A stretch of 64,000 nt of DNA from Stylophora pistillata (GCF_002571385.2 NW_019217784.1:1414361-1478360); one strand, 5' to 3'; shown: positions 1-10,388, counted from the stretch's first letter. Notes: generated by a model not told the origin, from the letters alone. Made by a program: numbers and translations.

Positions 1-458
1 TGGCCCAGCACACCATCAAATGGGTTACACAAGTGATTATCAAAATCAAATGGCTGCAAAGCAGGAGTCTGATTTGTTTATCGCAAGTATGGTTACATAC
101 AATTAGATGACACATTTAGTTTCTTTACCAATTAAAATTCAAGAAAGAAACTAAACATCAGTTAACCATTTTCCAAAAAAAAACCGTTAACTCAGTGAAA
201 TGAATGACAACAGCCAGTGCATGTGACATGTTCTGTCCACTGACACAGGCATGGCATGTCAACTGTCCCTTTAACTGTCATTTTACACTGTCATAATGCA
301 CACTGGCATGTGACATGTTCTGTCACTGACACAGGCATGGCCGCACACTGTCCTATTAGTGCTGAACTCCGCTGGTGACAACCAATCAAGTTCAAGAATT
401 TTCTTTTAGTTTTCATTAGTGACTGACTAGTATTCATCCTGCAGCACTTGTAAGGGGG

Positions 459-693
459 TAATTTGGATATATCAACAAAGTTGAAATGTTAAATTGGCCA
501 CTGTAACGATTACAAAAGCTGATGTTTCGAGCGTTAGCCCCTCGCTCTGATGAAGGGCTAACACTCGAAACGTCAGCTTTTGTAATCATTACGGTGGCCA
601 ATTTACCATTTCAACTTTGTTGATATATCCAAATTATTTCGTTACTCCCACCGACGCAGCCCCAAACAGTTTCTTTCCAAACTATCAGCCTTT
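459..693. mobile_element. Palindromic non-autonomous element (Penelope-like pseudo-LTR remnant) containing a hammerhead motif
   Basis: Near-perfect inverted repeat 459-636, followed by a tail (CTCCCACCGACGCAGC...AGTTTCTTT). Flanked by similar sequences acttgtaagggg (446-457) and acttataaggag (694-705), a possible degenerate TSD. Confidence 0.7.
544..577 (+). ncRNA. Minimal type I hammerhead ribozyme motif
   Basis: GCT-CTGATGA-A-GGG(CTAACA)CTC-GAAA-CGTC-AGC. CUGANGA core at 547-553, stem II, GAAA at 567-570, palindromic ACGT stem III, GUC cleavage triplet at 572-574, and a 3-bp stem I (GCT/AGC). Confidence 0.65.
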
Positions 694-776
694 ACTTATA
701 AGGAGGGCCTACTTGTTGGTTAAAATGACAATAACAATAATAATAACAGCATAATATTTTAATATAGTTGAAATAC

Positions 777-2306
777 CTTCTCTGTTCCAGGACAAACAGG
801 TAATCCTAAAGTTTAGACATAGTTCTGAAGAATTTTCCCAATGAAAAGGAAAGCCCTGAAAAACAAAAAAAAGTACAAATTCTAACCCTAAGCAAACTAC
901 AACCCTAATCAATTAACAAACTTAAGAAATACAGTAAGTATGTACACATACATGGTTGTTGCTAGCAGTTGCTGATTTGGCATCAAATATGATAACCTGT
1001 TTTCCATAAGATGCTGCAATCTGCCAAAAAAAAATTTAAATCGCAACATATACATAGCAAGATTATGTAACTTCATGTAAACAGATTTAATTGTGTAAAT
1101 ATAATTTACATTCCTATGGTGTGCATAGATCAAGCGTGTGTACTCATTTAAGTGTATCAGAGAGAATTTCTCTTCATACAACACTTATACCACTGTTAAA
1201 GCTAGAGTTGCTCTTTGCTAAGCTTCTTCCAGTTCTAAAGCTTCTTTTATGCTCTCCAAACTTTCTGCATACTTTGTATCTTCAGGGCTTGCTACTGTGT
1301 GATTGTTGGATACCAACCTCTAATAAACTATATCAACTAAATAGGGCATGTTCAACTGAGTGTCACAAGTAATTCTGGATTGTTTTGGTTTTGCTCTATT
1401 TCTAATCTGATTACTCCAGACAACTTGTGCCACTCTCTTAACCGATCAGTTTAAAAACTCAAATCATTCTCAACTTGGTCACACTTTTTTAAGTGCTTCA
1501 GGAAGTTTGCTTGTTGTTATTTAGAGTTCTCAATGGTTCCTGGTGATATTTTCCATGCTATGATTGGCTATTGTGACTAGTTTGGTTTTGGTTTTTACAA
1601 CACTCAATTCAAAATCCCTCCACTGTAACACTGCTTTGATTTGATTCCACAAAAATACCTTTCCATCAGAATCGCAGCAGTCAATACAGCTCACTTCTTT
1701 ATAACCATACAGAGAACCAGGAATAATCTGCACGCGAGTGAAGCCACTCAACAGGATAACAACATCACAGCCAGATGCATAGGCCTTGGATAACAAAGAA
1801 CAAACATGTGTTTGAGGCTATAATCTTAATTCAGTGTTCATGGAATATATTTCATGTCCATCAAAAGCACAAAAAATGTGCTAAGGGCTTCTGTGATCTG
1901 CCTGAACTTCGGCAGTGTCGTTTGAAAAAACATAAACGTTGAGAAATGTGATAGCATTTTAAATGCTTACTGTAACAAAATGCAAAGTTTCAAAATTATA
2001 TATTATCGATCTCTTCAGTCATTCGGTTACGGGCCTATAAATCAGTTTATACATCAATTTACGAGGCATTTTGTAAGACTGAAAATAAAATAAACATTGG
2101 CAATCATCCATAGTGGTTCCATTATTGATATGTTGACATCTGCCATCCTTTGAATTCATTATTTTCTGATCAAAACCGTAAAGCAGTGATTTAATTATTC
2201 AACAGCACTGTACCGTGAAGGGGTGATCATCTACACTGCCAACGGCGATTGCAGCCTTGTCATCGAATGTGTTTGTCGCACCTGTTAATACTTGATGAAG
2301 TTTCAT
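777..2306 (-). CDS. DMXL: DmX-like protein / rabconnectin-3 alpha, first four coding exons (gene continues beyond window start)
   Basis: Exons 2306-2214 (MKLHQVLTGATNTFDDKAAIAVGSVDDHPFT), 1784-1659 (AYASGCDVVILLSGFTRVQIIPGSLYGYKEVSCIDCCDSDGK), 1020-952 (IAASYGKQVIIFDAK...) and 855-777 (GFPFHWENSS...LSWNRE). All junctions are GT-AG and in phase. Closely resembles the N-terminus of vertebrate DMXL1/2 (MHLHQVLTGA...PFTAYGSGCDIVIL...VQIIPG...IAASYG). Confidence 0.92.
1345..1622. repeat. Dispersed repeat family (further copies at ~8928-9125 and ~34175-34390)
   Basis: Shared blocks TGAGTGTC...TTTGGTTTTGC...TGATTGG...TTTGGTTTTGG...ACACTCAATT at three loci. Confidence 0.6.
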
Positions 2307-2487
2307 CTTTAAAATATCAAATCATGATCGTGTTTTGGAAAGAGAACGTCAAATACTCTAGTTCCTGATGTCGAGGATGCCGCCATGTTTGACATGAATT
2401 TGCCTCAACTTGAATGGAGGAATCCGCTGGTTGATCATTGCAGAGTCAGGTTGCTGATCAGCGGTTAATCCCATCAGGGAAATTAAA
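2307..2487. promoter_or_regulatory. Compact bidirectional promoter region between DMXL and DTWD2
   Basis: Divergent ATGs only 181 bp apart (2306 on -, 2488 on +). A YY1-like AACATGGCGG motif lies on the minus strand at ~2380-2389. Confidence 0.7.
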
Positions 2488-5400
2488 ATGGCAGACCAAG
2501 AAGACGGGGAAGATGAAAGCGATTTTTTCCGCAGTTTTGCTGATGTTCCCTTGCATCCTCCGGAGAAAAGAGATATGTGTTCGAGGTGTAAGTAAGTGAA
2601 CTTCCATCACGCTTACTTATTGATATTTCCGTTGTCGCTGATGTGAAGATTGACGCCCAGCATAGTATAGTAGTTAATTTTTATTTTATAAGATCTCGTA
2701 CAAATTAATACATGATTTCCTTAAACTCTTAAAATTTCTCATCTATTTTTAGGAGACCACGTGCAGTGTGTTTGTGCGCTCATTTTCCTACTCATTTTCT
2801 TCACATCTCGACTACGATTCACGTATTGCAACATCCTCGTGAGGTTTGTCCTATTGCTCTGTATCTTTTAAATTATACTTTCAATTGGTTTTCAGAATTA
2901 TTTGGAGGGGGAGCGAATAAAAGCTACTTACTGACGATATTTATTTCATGGCTATATTGCATTGGCGAATAAAAGCTGGTTAATGACGATATTTATTTCA
3001 TTGCTATATTGCATTGGCGATTCTATCGACACAGTAATTTCTGAACTTAACAAAGCTTTAGAGGAGCTTCTGTACTGGTGCAAAACAAACTCCCTTGTGC
3101 CTCATCCAAAGAAATGTGAAGCAATGATCCTCCATCGCGGAAGATTCACTGGCCCATTGAAAGAGTTAACGTTGGCCCAGCACACCATCAAATGGGTTAC
3201 ACACACTCGTCTATTAGGCGTATTGATAGATGATCAACTAAATTGGTCTAAACATGTTAGTGTCGTTAAAAAAGGCTTTGTGGATAAGTTATACTTGTTA
3301 AAACGTGGCAAATTTTTTCCAAAGAATATGTTATTAGACTTGTATTTTAGAATTATTGTGCCGTCGATCGTATATGGAATATCAGTATGGGGAGGTCTCA
3401 GAAATAAGGAAGGTTTTAAGGAATTAGAAGCACTGCATTGTAGAGCTGCGAGAATTATCTTTGAGCTACCTTGGGAGATGTCTAATGCTGATGTTATGAA
3501 AAAGGCTAATTGGTCCCTTTTAGCCTTTATGTATAAAATTAGCTTAGCTAAGCTTATCTATAAAATCCATAATAACCTGACTCCAGATGCTATATCAGCT
3601 ATTATTAAGAACAATGATAACATCAAGCGATATCAACTTAGGAAGAAACTGAAAATTGATTTCCCTCGTTTTAACACCTACTACATGAGGAACTCTGTAG
3701 CTCGTAGAAGAGCAATAGTTTGGAACACGTTGGTTCCTCAACTTAATGACGATATAGACAATGTGAAGCACTATGCGATTATAGCAAGACGATCTAAGGC
3801 TTTGCTACACCTTGATTTCGACTGTATCTCCCCTCAAACATCAACCAGAAGGGAGGAAGACTTTAAGTATAATTGGTGTTAATAATTAGACGATATTATC
3901 GTACCACCTTGCTTTTTAGAATTTTAAGTTTTTATCATTTTAGACTTGTAAATAGTACGTAGAGATATGATTTTAGCTGGGTATATCCTATTTATTCTCT
4001 AATTCATTACTTATCTTACTTAATTATTTAGACACGACCCCACAAGCGAAGTGTCGCTTTAAATACTTATCGTGTATAAATAAAGATTATTGATTGATTG
4101 ATTGATTGCTGCTTATTCCACAATCGATAGCCATTCAAACAACAAAATTATTGAAACCCTCAGAAATATATAGGCTCCCTAACAATTGAGAAACTATGAA
4201 TTCTTGCAAAAACTACCTCCACATGTGATGCAGTTTAAAAATTGCCACCCTCATCATCATCATTGTCATCATCATCATCATTGTCATCATCATTACAGGG
4301 AGTGTTATTGTCACAATGTTACTATTACTCAATATTCCACAATGATGTTATTTGAATTTCATTTACCATCCACATCACTATTTTTGTCATCACCTTGATG
4401 AATATTGTAACTCATAATAACTGCAGTTCACACATACTGTACAAGTATGATTTTCATATATCTACAGTCAATGATTCACCACTTCACAGCTTTATTATGA
4501 ACCAACATAATGACCAGCTCCTATTTGACTTGTTAGCTCAGTTGGTAGAGTAATGCACCAGTATCACAGAGGTCATGGGGTTCAAATCCAAATTTCAGGC
4601 TTTATTCTCACTACTGCTTAAGTAGTGCTCACAACTGCAAAGATTGTTTTCATCTTCATTTCTCAAACTGCAGGTCATACATATGATTTTCATATATTCA
4701 TAGTCATTCATTATAACTCTATAGCACAGGCCTTGTGCATATATGATTGAAAGCAAAACATCAGAATGTTCTTCAACAGAATTACAGGGGAAGGAGATGT
4801 CAAGAATGATACTCCACATGTAAATGTTTTCTGGACGTGCTGCTTTGATCATTGAATGAAGGACATTCCTTTTTTTTCTAGGAATCTAGGCTTTTGACAA
4901 CTGTCCCCCTCCTGGAGGCCTGTTTACCTCCAAATAAAATCATCATCCGACGAGGGAGAAGATTCCACAAGCATGACTGGCCAGATCTTCATGAAATACT
5001 CAACAAGCCAACTACGCTGCTTTTATATCCAGGACCTACAGGTTGGAAGAATATTGTTTATTAACCCTTTTGCACCCAGGATAAACATCTAGAGGTCAAA
5101 TCAAACCTTATCCCTGTATTGATGTTTCATTTTCTTCTCATTACCTTTCTACTTGATCTTGTAGTGATACTGTTATAAGAAATCTTTTTTTGGTTAGTCA
5201 TGAGAGTGAAAGGGTGAATTGCTTTGTTGTATTTCTCTCCTGTGTTGGATGTAGGGGCCTTTGACTGCAGATCAAGAGATCAAAGTTTGCACCAAGTACA
5301 GAGTTTTTGTATTGTGTTGTTAGACAAGACACTGTACCCTTACAGTACTTCTTTCCAATCAGGAGAATGAATGGGCATTGAATAACTGTATGGGATACCT

Positions 5401-7302
5401 AGCACCCTTTTATCTTGGTATCATAGAGCTAGTTGACATTATCATTTGGAATTTTCATCAAACTGACCACATCTCTTTATTTACAGCTGAAAATATAAAC
5501 ACACTGAGTGACTCTCCCTTAGGAGAAAAGTATGATATTATTGTCCTTGATGGGACATGGAGACAAGCCAAGGATATTTTTCATAACAATCCATTTTTAT
5601 GTCAAGCTAGACAGGTAGGTTTTCAAAGGTCACTTTGCAATTTGAATTTTGATATCATAAATTAAAATACTTCAAATGTGTTGTTTATTTTTTATGTATC
5701 CAAATTGATTCAAGGTACAATTAGAACATAATCACATCAGTGAATATGTGATCAGAACCCAGCCTAACAGTAAAAGTTTATGTACAGTTGAAGCCATTGC
5801 TTTGTCATTATCAATTCTGGAGAAAAACGAGGAAATTGCAGAGGTGAGCTCTGATTTTTTCATGACTTGATTGTTTTATGACAAAAGGACTTGACCTGTT
5901 CTATGATGTCCACTGTTTTTCTTTTCTTCTTCTGGAAGGAGTGGGGGAGAGGGGTGGGGGAGAGGGGTTGGGTGGCAGTTAAGGTGAAGTACGTAAGTGG
6001 TGATGCATGGTTAGAATATCATAAATCCTGTAATAAGCCCCCCTGGGAGGGCTTATTAATTTCAGGTTCTTTGGGGGGGTGGCTTAGAACTCAATAAAAA
6101 ACTCAATTTTCTGATCAAACTCTCTCAATTGACCTTGTTTAGCCATGTTCTATTTTTAGTATTGCTCTGTAATTTCTGTATACCATATTCTAATAATACC
6201 AACATGATAACATCGATTAATCAATCGCCATAGTCAATTTTTAACGACAAACCAAAATTTACAGTACCTGACTAAATTTATCATACTTACTGACATGGAG
6301 TGTTATTTTGAATTTTTGTTTTTTCGAGGGAGAGGGGTGGGGGAGGTATTAGAGGGTTTACAGTACTTTTGGATCTTTGACCTTTTTCTATCTTATTCTA
6401 AATCTGTATCTAAGGAAACAATGTACTTTAAGCTAAAGACAACAGGGCATGTTGTCAGCCATGGAGCATTTAACCCTTTGACCCCTAGCACCTTCAAATA
6501 AAGACACTAAAAAAATGATCACCAACTAAAGGAGTTCATAATTGTTAAACAAATTCTCCTCATTAGCGCATCAGGAAATGGATTGAGAATAGTATGGAGA
6601 ATTTGCATACTGATGCTAGCTAGGGTGGAAAGGGTTAAGATTAGTCCACTCTTCAGCAAATTGATATTAAATTCAAAAATGGGTCCAACAACTTCAGCTC
6701 TGAACCTACTCGTGACTTGTGTCTCCTTAGTAGAGCATCGGATCGCGGAATCCGAAGGTCTGAGGTTCGATTCCCAACACGGACTCAGAATTTTTCTCTG
6801 TCCCACGCTCGTGACAAGACGAAAAAAAAAATCTCTCTTCAGTTCATGTCCGAGTTCAAAAATTTAATCCTATGTTTTTATTTTACCAACTACTGCTTTG
6901 CACGTGTTTAGTTTGCAAAGTAAACTCTGTAAGATCCACTGAACTGACCATTGTAAACAACGATTTCTGTGTTGTTTTTTTTTTTTTCCTTAGGCGTTAA
7001 TTCGACCTTTGAGAGCGTTGTGTAAAATACAGTTGGACCATGGTGCTGTGGTACATTTCAGTAAGGAAAATGAAGATGAAATCATGTTAAGAGCGTAAGT
7101 GATCAATCTTGCAAGTTAGAAGTGAAACATAACTTTGCATCAAATTGTCAGTTTATGTTGTCTCCCGAGGGGAATTGTGTGAAAATACAGCGTGAAAATT
7201 GTATTTGCATTTTACTTTTTCTCCTTGAAATCCTTTTTCAGTAAGAGGCAAGAACGAAATCACAAAAAGAAAATGAGTGGATTGAATGAAGAGGAAAGAT
7301 GA
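2488..7302 (+). CDS. DTWD2: tRNA-uridine aminocarboxypropyltransferase 2 (DTW domain protein 2), 7 exons, ~257 aa
   Basis: Exons 2488-2591, 2753-2843, 4882-5041, 5487-5614, 5715-5843, 6994-7094, 7242-7302 total 774 nt in frame. Motifs: CxxCxRPxxVCLC, QHPxE, LLYPG, the DGTW (DTW) motif, YVIRTQP, LCTVEA, RPLRALC. The last exon is less certain because an in-frame TAA lies at 7096-7098 if the final intron is not spliced. Confidence 0.92.
3004..4108 (+). mobile_element. 5'-truncated non-LTR retrotransposon (CR1/L2-like), RT C-terminal region, in DTWD2 intron 2
   Basis: ORF 2962-3882 has LINE ORF2 C-terminal motifs (WCKTNSLVPHPKKCEAM, RLLGVLIDDQLNWSKHV, YGISVWG, RAARII, WN). The 3' end is AATAAA followed by an (ATTG)n tail at 4089-4108. 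Confidence 0.88.
4445..4710 (+). mobile_element. tRNA-related repeat bounded by direct repeats
   Basis: A-box/B-box-like TTAGCTCAGTTGGTAGAG...GGTTCAAATCC at 4533-4589. TATGATTTTCATATAT..A.AGTCA occurs at both ends (~4446 and ~4682). Confidence 0.6.
5061..5218. mobile_element. piggyBac-like MITE, degenerate
   Basis: TTAACCCTTT at the left end and AAAGGGTGAA at the right end. Confidence 0.5.
5245..5400 (+). mobile_element. Degenerate SINE with Nin/Deu-like central domain (related copy at ~39920-40120)
   Basis: TTGTGTTG..AGACAAGACACT....TTACAGTACTTCT..CCA..CAGGAG..TGAATGGG resembles the conserved SINE central domain, recalled from memory. Confidence 0.45.
6470..6638. mobile_element. piggyBac-like MITE
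   Basis: TTAA-CCCTTT ... AAAGGG-TTAA termini, i.e. TTAA TSD with CCC/GGG ends. Confidence 0.7.
6716..6836 (+). mobile_element. tRNA-derived SINE fragment
   Basis: TAGTAGAGCATCGGATCGCGGAATCCGAAGGTCTGAGGTTCGATTCCC (A/B-box-like) followed by non-tRNA sequence and an A-run. Confidence 0.65.
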
Positions 7303-7647
7303 CAAGAACTAAGAAAAGAGCACGGTACAAGGGGAAACTCGTGACTGAGCATTTAGCTCAGGTTTTTCCTTTCACGAGTTTGTATCTGAATGGGCGATTG
7401 TTTCCGTTTCTTGATGAATTCACGGGGTTAAACACACTTCACACTCTCGTTCATACACGGATTCCTGGGCCAATTGAATTGACTCTTTTTAGGTTTCGGA
7501 TAGTGGCTATCGTAGAGCTTCAGGTCTGGATATACAAAAAGCGTCCAAGCTAAGGCGAGAAAGACACGAGGAAACTTCTGAGTACCAACTCATTTTCTTC
7601 GCGGAAACAGTTCTGTCAATCTGACCGTTCATGTGTTTTGAAGATAA

Positions 7648-7742
7648 TTTGGTTTTATCAACTGAGTTTCTAATGTAAATTAGCCTTCTTAAAGAGTTTC
7701 AAAAGCTGACGTTTTGGGGGTTTAGCCCTTCATCAGAGCGAA
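7648..7742 (-). mobile_element. Degenerate copy of the hammerhead-carrying element
   Basis: Reverse complement reads TTCGCTCTGATGAAGGGCTAAACCCCCAAAACGTCAGCTTTT. The CUGAUGA core is intact but the GAAA box has lost its G. Confidence 0.6.
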
Positions 7743-8281
7743 CAGGGAAATTGTGGGTTGTGTTTGGTTTATAAAAAGAAAGATGTGCTTTGTTCACTTT
7801 GTTCATGTGCTTTGTTCATGGTGTACTACCAGATGTCGGTCAAAGACTTTTTGTTACGCTTTCTCTTTGTCCACCTGGTTATCATTAAACCCACGACTTT
7901 CTCGCTGCGTTCATGAAGGCGCGTTCAAAATTTTGCTTTTTTTAACTCGTCTCTGTCCTCTTGCAGAGTAATGTTATAAACAAACTGAAAAATAGTAAAA
8001 CATGTTTACATTTTTATTACAGCTAGTTACATGGCATTAATATTTGTTTCGTATTCATTTAGAGCGTTTTATTTTTAGAAAAATTATAACTAGTTCTATA
8101 TTTGTCTCCTGTCAAACCTCTTAAAAGCCAACAAGATAAAGCGTTGTTTGCACAAGCTTGTCGATAATAAATACTCGAGCACAGTCTAAAGGCAGCCCGT
8201 GTGACCAGGACTGTTGTCAGTGTAAAAGCAAACATGTTTCCTCAGCCACGACCTCTTAGCGTTCATACTTAAAGCAATTTG

Positions 8282-8921
8282 AGTAGTATAGAAATGGAGG
8301 TACCTAGGACAAAAATTTTGTCTTGTTTTTTATTTATTGATTTTTAATGCTATCAATTTTGCTTGGACAAAAATGTTTTAAAAATATATCTAAATTAAAA
8401 ACCAGATAAAATTTTTGTCCTAGTAAATTGATAGAAGTAGAAGAAGACATCTCTATTTATACAGGATAGCCCCTTCAATGTAGTAAACACTTGTATCAAC
8501 GGGGGTCCTGTTACCCACCCATCCCACCCCAGGGGAGGACACCCATCACACAGTAATCTCGTGCGTGGGAAATTAACGTCTCCTACCCCAAACCCTGCAG
8601 GAGACGGGACCTCCATTTATTCGTCCCTATCCGAGAAGACTAGAATATCTAATCATTTCTTGATGTTATAGAAAGGTAGCATATTCTTCTCAATTGTCTT
8701 AAGACCCTGAGTGTTGGTCCGGCCGGGGCTCGAACCCTCGACCTCCCGCACAATAGTCCAGCGCTCTATCCATTGAGCTAACCGGGAGGCGGTTAGCGTT
8801 AAAAATCAATAAATAAAAATAGAGACAAAATTTTTGTCCTACCAAAGTGATAGCATTAAAAATCAATAAATAAAAATAGCGACAAAATTTTTGTCCTAGG
8901 TACCTCCATTTCTATACTACT
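8282..8921. mobile_element. Miniature TIR element with Polinton/Maverick-like termini
   Basis: Perfect 41-bp TIR (8282-8322 / 8881-8921) extending imperfectly to ~74 bp. Termini are AGTAGT...ACTACT. 6-bp TSD AATTTG at 8276-8281 and 8922-8927. Confidence 0.75.
8435..8794 (-). mobile_element. tRNA-derived SINE nested in the TIR element
   Basis: Minus-strand head AACCGCCTCCCGGTTAGCTCAATGGATAGAGCGCTGGAC...GGGTTCGAGCCCCGGCCGGACCA, with a CTT-like 3' tail. The same head occurs at 13642 and 13726. Confidence 0.8.
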
Positions 8922-9128
8922 AATTTGCCGTTGAGTGTCGAAAATATTCAAGATTGCTTCGGTTTTTGCTTAACATTTCTCTGTGATTGGTCCAGAAAAC
9001 TCACGCCATCCTTTCAACTTTTTCACTTTGAGTCTTCATTGGCTAATGCTAATTAAAATCTGTGTTCTGATTGGTCGATGGGATTGCTTTGGTTTTGGCT
9101 TTTCGACACTTAATCGAAGACTGCTCTG

Positions 9129-10388
9129 TTAGTCGGTGATAGCTTTAGCTCTGGAATTATGAGCCTTAGCAATGAGTTCTGAGGTCTTTATAATTCCTTT
9201 ACTGACTCCAACCCCAATTAAGCTCCCAAAGAAACCACCGACCATGGCCCCTACTACAGGCACCGGAATGAGCACCTGCCCCACAATGGTTCCAGTAGTT
9301 CCTCCAATAAACTGGCATCCTGAATCACATAACTTCCGTCTTACAGTGGACTTAAACTGTGAGTTTGTTATCAAACCTTTATCACGCTGCATTTTCGAAC
9401 GCGTGACACTTCCAGCGGTTAGAGCGATGTCGACCAAAACGGATATTGCTATACCCGCCGCAGCTTGTCCTAGGGCCATCGCAGCCGTTTCTATGCCAAC
9501 AGTCGCCGTGCTTTCGGCGGCAGTTGACGTAACCACGATGGCTGTCTCAGTGATGACTTCCTTTACGGTTGCTGCATTCTCAGAGGATTCACCGCTGGCC
9601 ATCATAACATGAGCGCTGATGTCGAGAATCTCGTCAATTGCACGGAAAATTCCTTCAATCTTAGTTTGCCTTTCTTTGACGGAAAGTGGGATATTGAAGA
9701 AGGCTACTTCGAAAAGATCAGCTATATACCCAATGATTAACTCTTCATCGATTTCTAGAGTAATTATCGGCTTGGGAAATTTCTGGGCTAGAACCCAAAC
9801 TTCCAAAGTTGTTACCTTGGAAATCTCCGAACTTGGACGTGGAAAACCAGCAAATGATACCATATCTAATCGCACTTTTATCAAAGTAGTATCTCCATCT
9901 TGATAGATATTTCGAAAGGCCTTCGATCTTTCGCAGTTTCGTAACCATATGAAGACCGGACAATGAGGTTCCAATTTTTTTCTGCCGCTGTCGCTTGTAC
10001 GTTGCATAACATGGTCAGAAATCAAGGTCTGCGCCATTAAAATTCGGTTGCGGTTTACAGGAGTATAGCTTCGCAAAGAATTTCCGTGAAAAGGATCGAA
10101 AGATCGGTCAGCGTTTTCCACGGCTGGAACAAGTGCCGCTGTGTCCTCATCGAAAGCGTTGTTGCACTGTTGTGATAAACGTTGCAACGTCCATTTGTTC
10201 CATGTTTTGTTTTCGTAAACCATAACACATCGTCGGCATGACCTGCTAACTGCAAACTCATCTTCCTTTTCGGCTTCAGCTGGATCAAAGCTTACACCAG
10301 CATCGACAGGCGGTGAGTCCCGTAATAGCGAAAAATCTTCTCTTTTCTTTTTCAAGAATGCTATCACTGAGTTAACCGCTTTCTTCAT
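9129..10388 (-). CDS. Intronless uncharacterised protein (419 aa) with C-terminal hydrophobic glycine-zipper region
   Basis: Uninterrupted 1260-nt ORF with higher GC than its flanks. C-terminal segments AAGIAISVLVDIAL and GGTTGTIVGQVLIPVPVVGAMVGGFFGSLIGVG (GxxxG repeats). Confidence 0.75.
   Translation of the reverse strand: MKKAVNSVIAFLKKKREDFSLLRDSPPVDAGVSFDPAEAEKEDEFAVSRSCRRCVMVYENKTWNKWTLQRLSQQCNNAFDEDTAALVPAVENADRSFDPFHGNSLRSYTPVNRNRILMAQTLISDHVMQRTSDSGRKKLEPHCPVFIWLRNCERSKAFRNIYQDGDTTLIKVRLDMVSFAGFPRPSSEISKVTTLEVWVLAQKFPKPIITLEIDEELIIGYIADLFEVAFFNIPLSVKERQTKIEGIFRAIDEILDISAHVMMASGESSENAATVKEVITETAIVVTSTAAESTATVGIETAAMALGQAAAGIAISVLVDIALTAGSVTRSKMQRDKGLITNSQFKSTVRRKLCDSGCQFIGGTTGTIVGQVLIPVPVVGAMVGGFFGSLIGVGVSKGIIKTSELIAKAHNSRAKAITD

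Noticed and set aside
4186-4398. His/Cys-rich metal-binding peptide ORF
   Set aside because: Translation of a (CAT)n microsatellite in an intron, with a non-ATG start.
8715-8794. tRNA genes (also at 4530, 6725, 13642, 13726)
   Set aside because: These are tRNA-like heads that continue into repeat bodies or are truncated, without a complete cloverleaf. Treated as SINEs.
9172-9903. Plus-strand ORFs overlapping the 419-aa gene
   Set aside because: Antisense shadow ORFs of a coding region.
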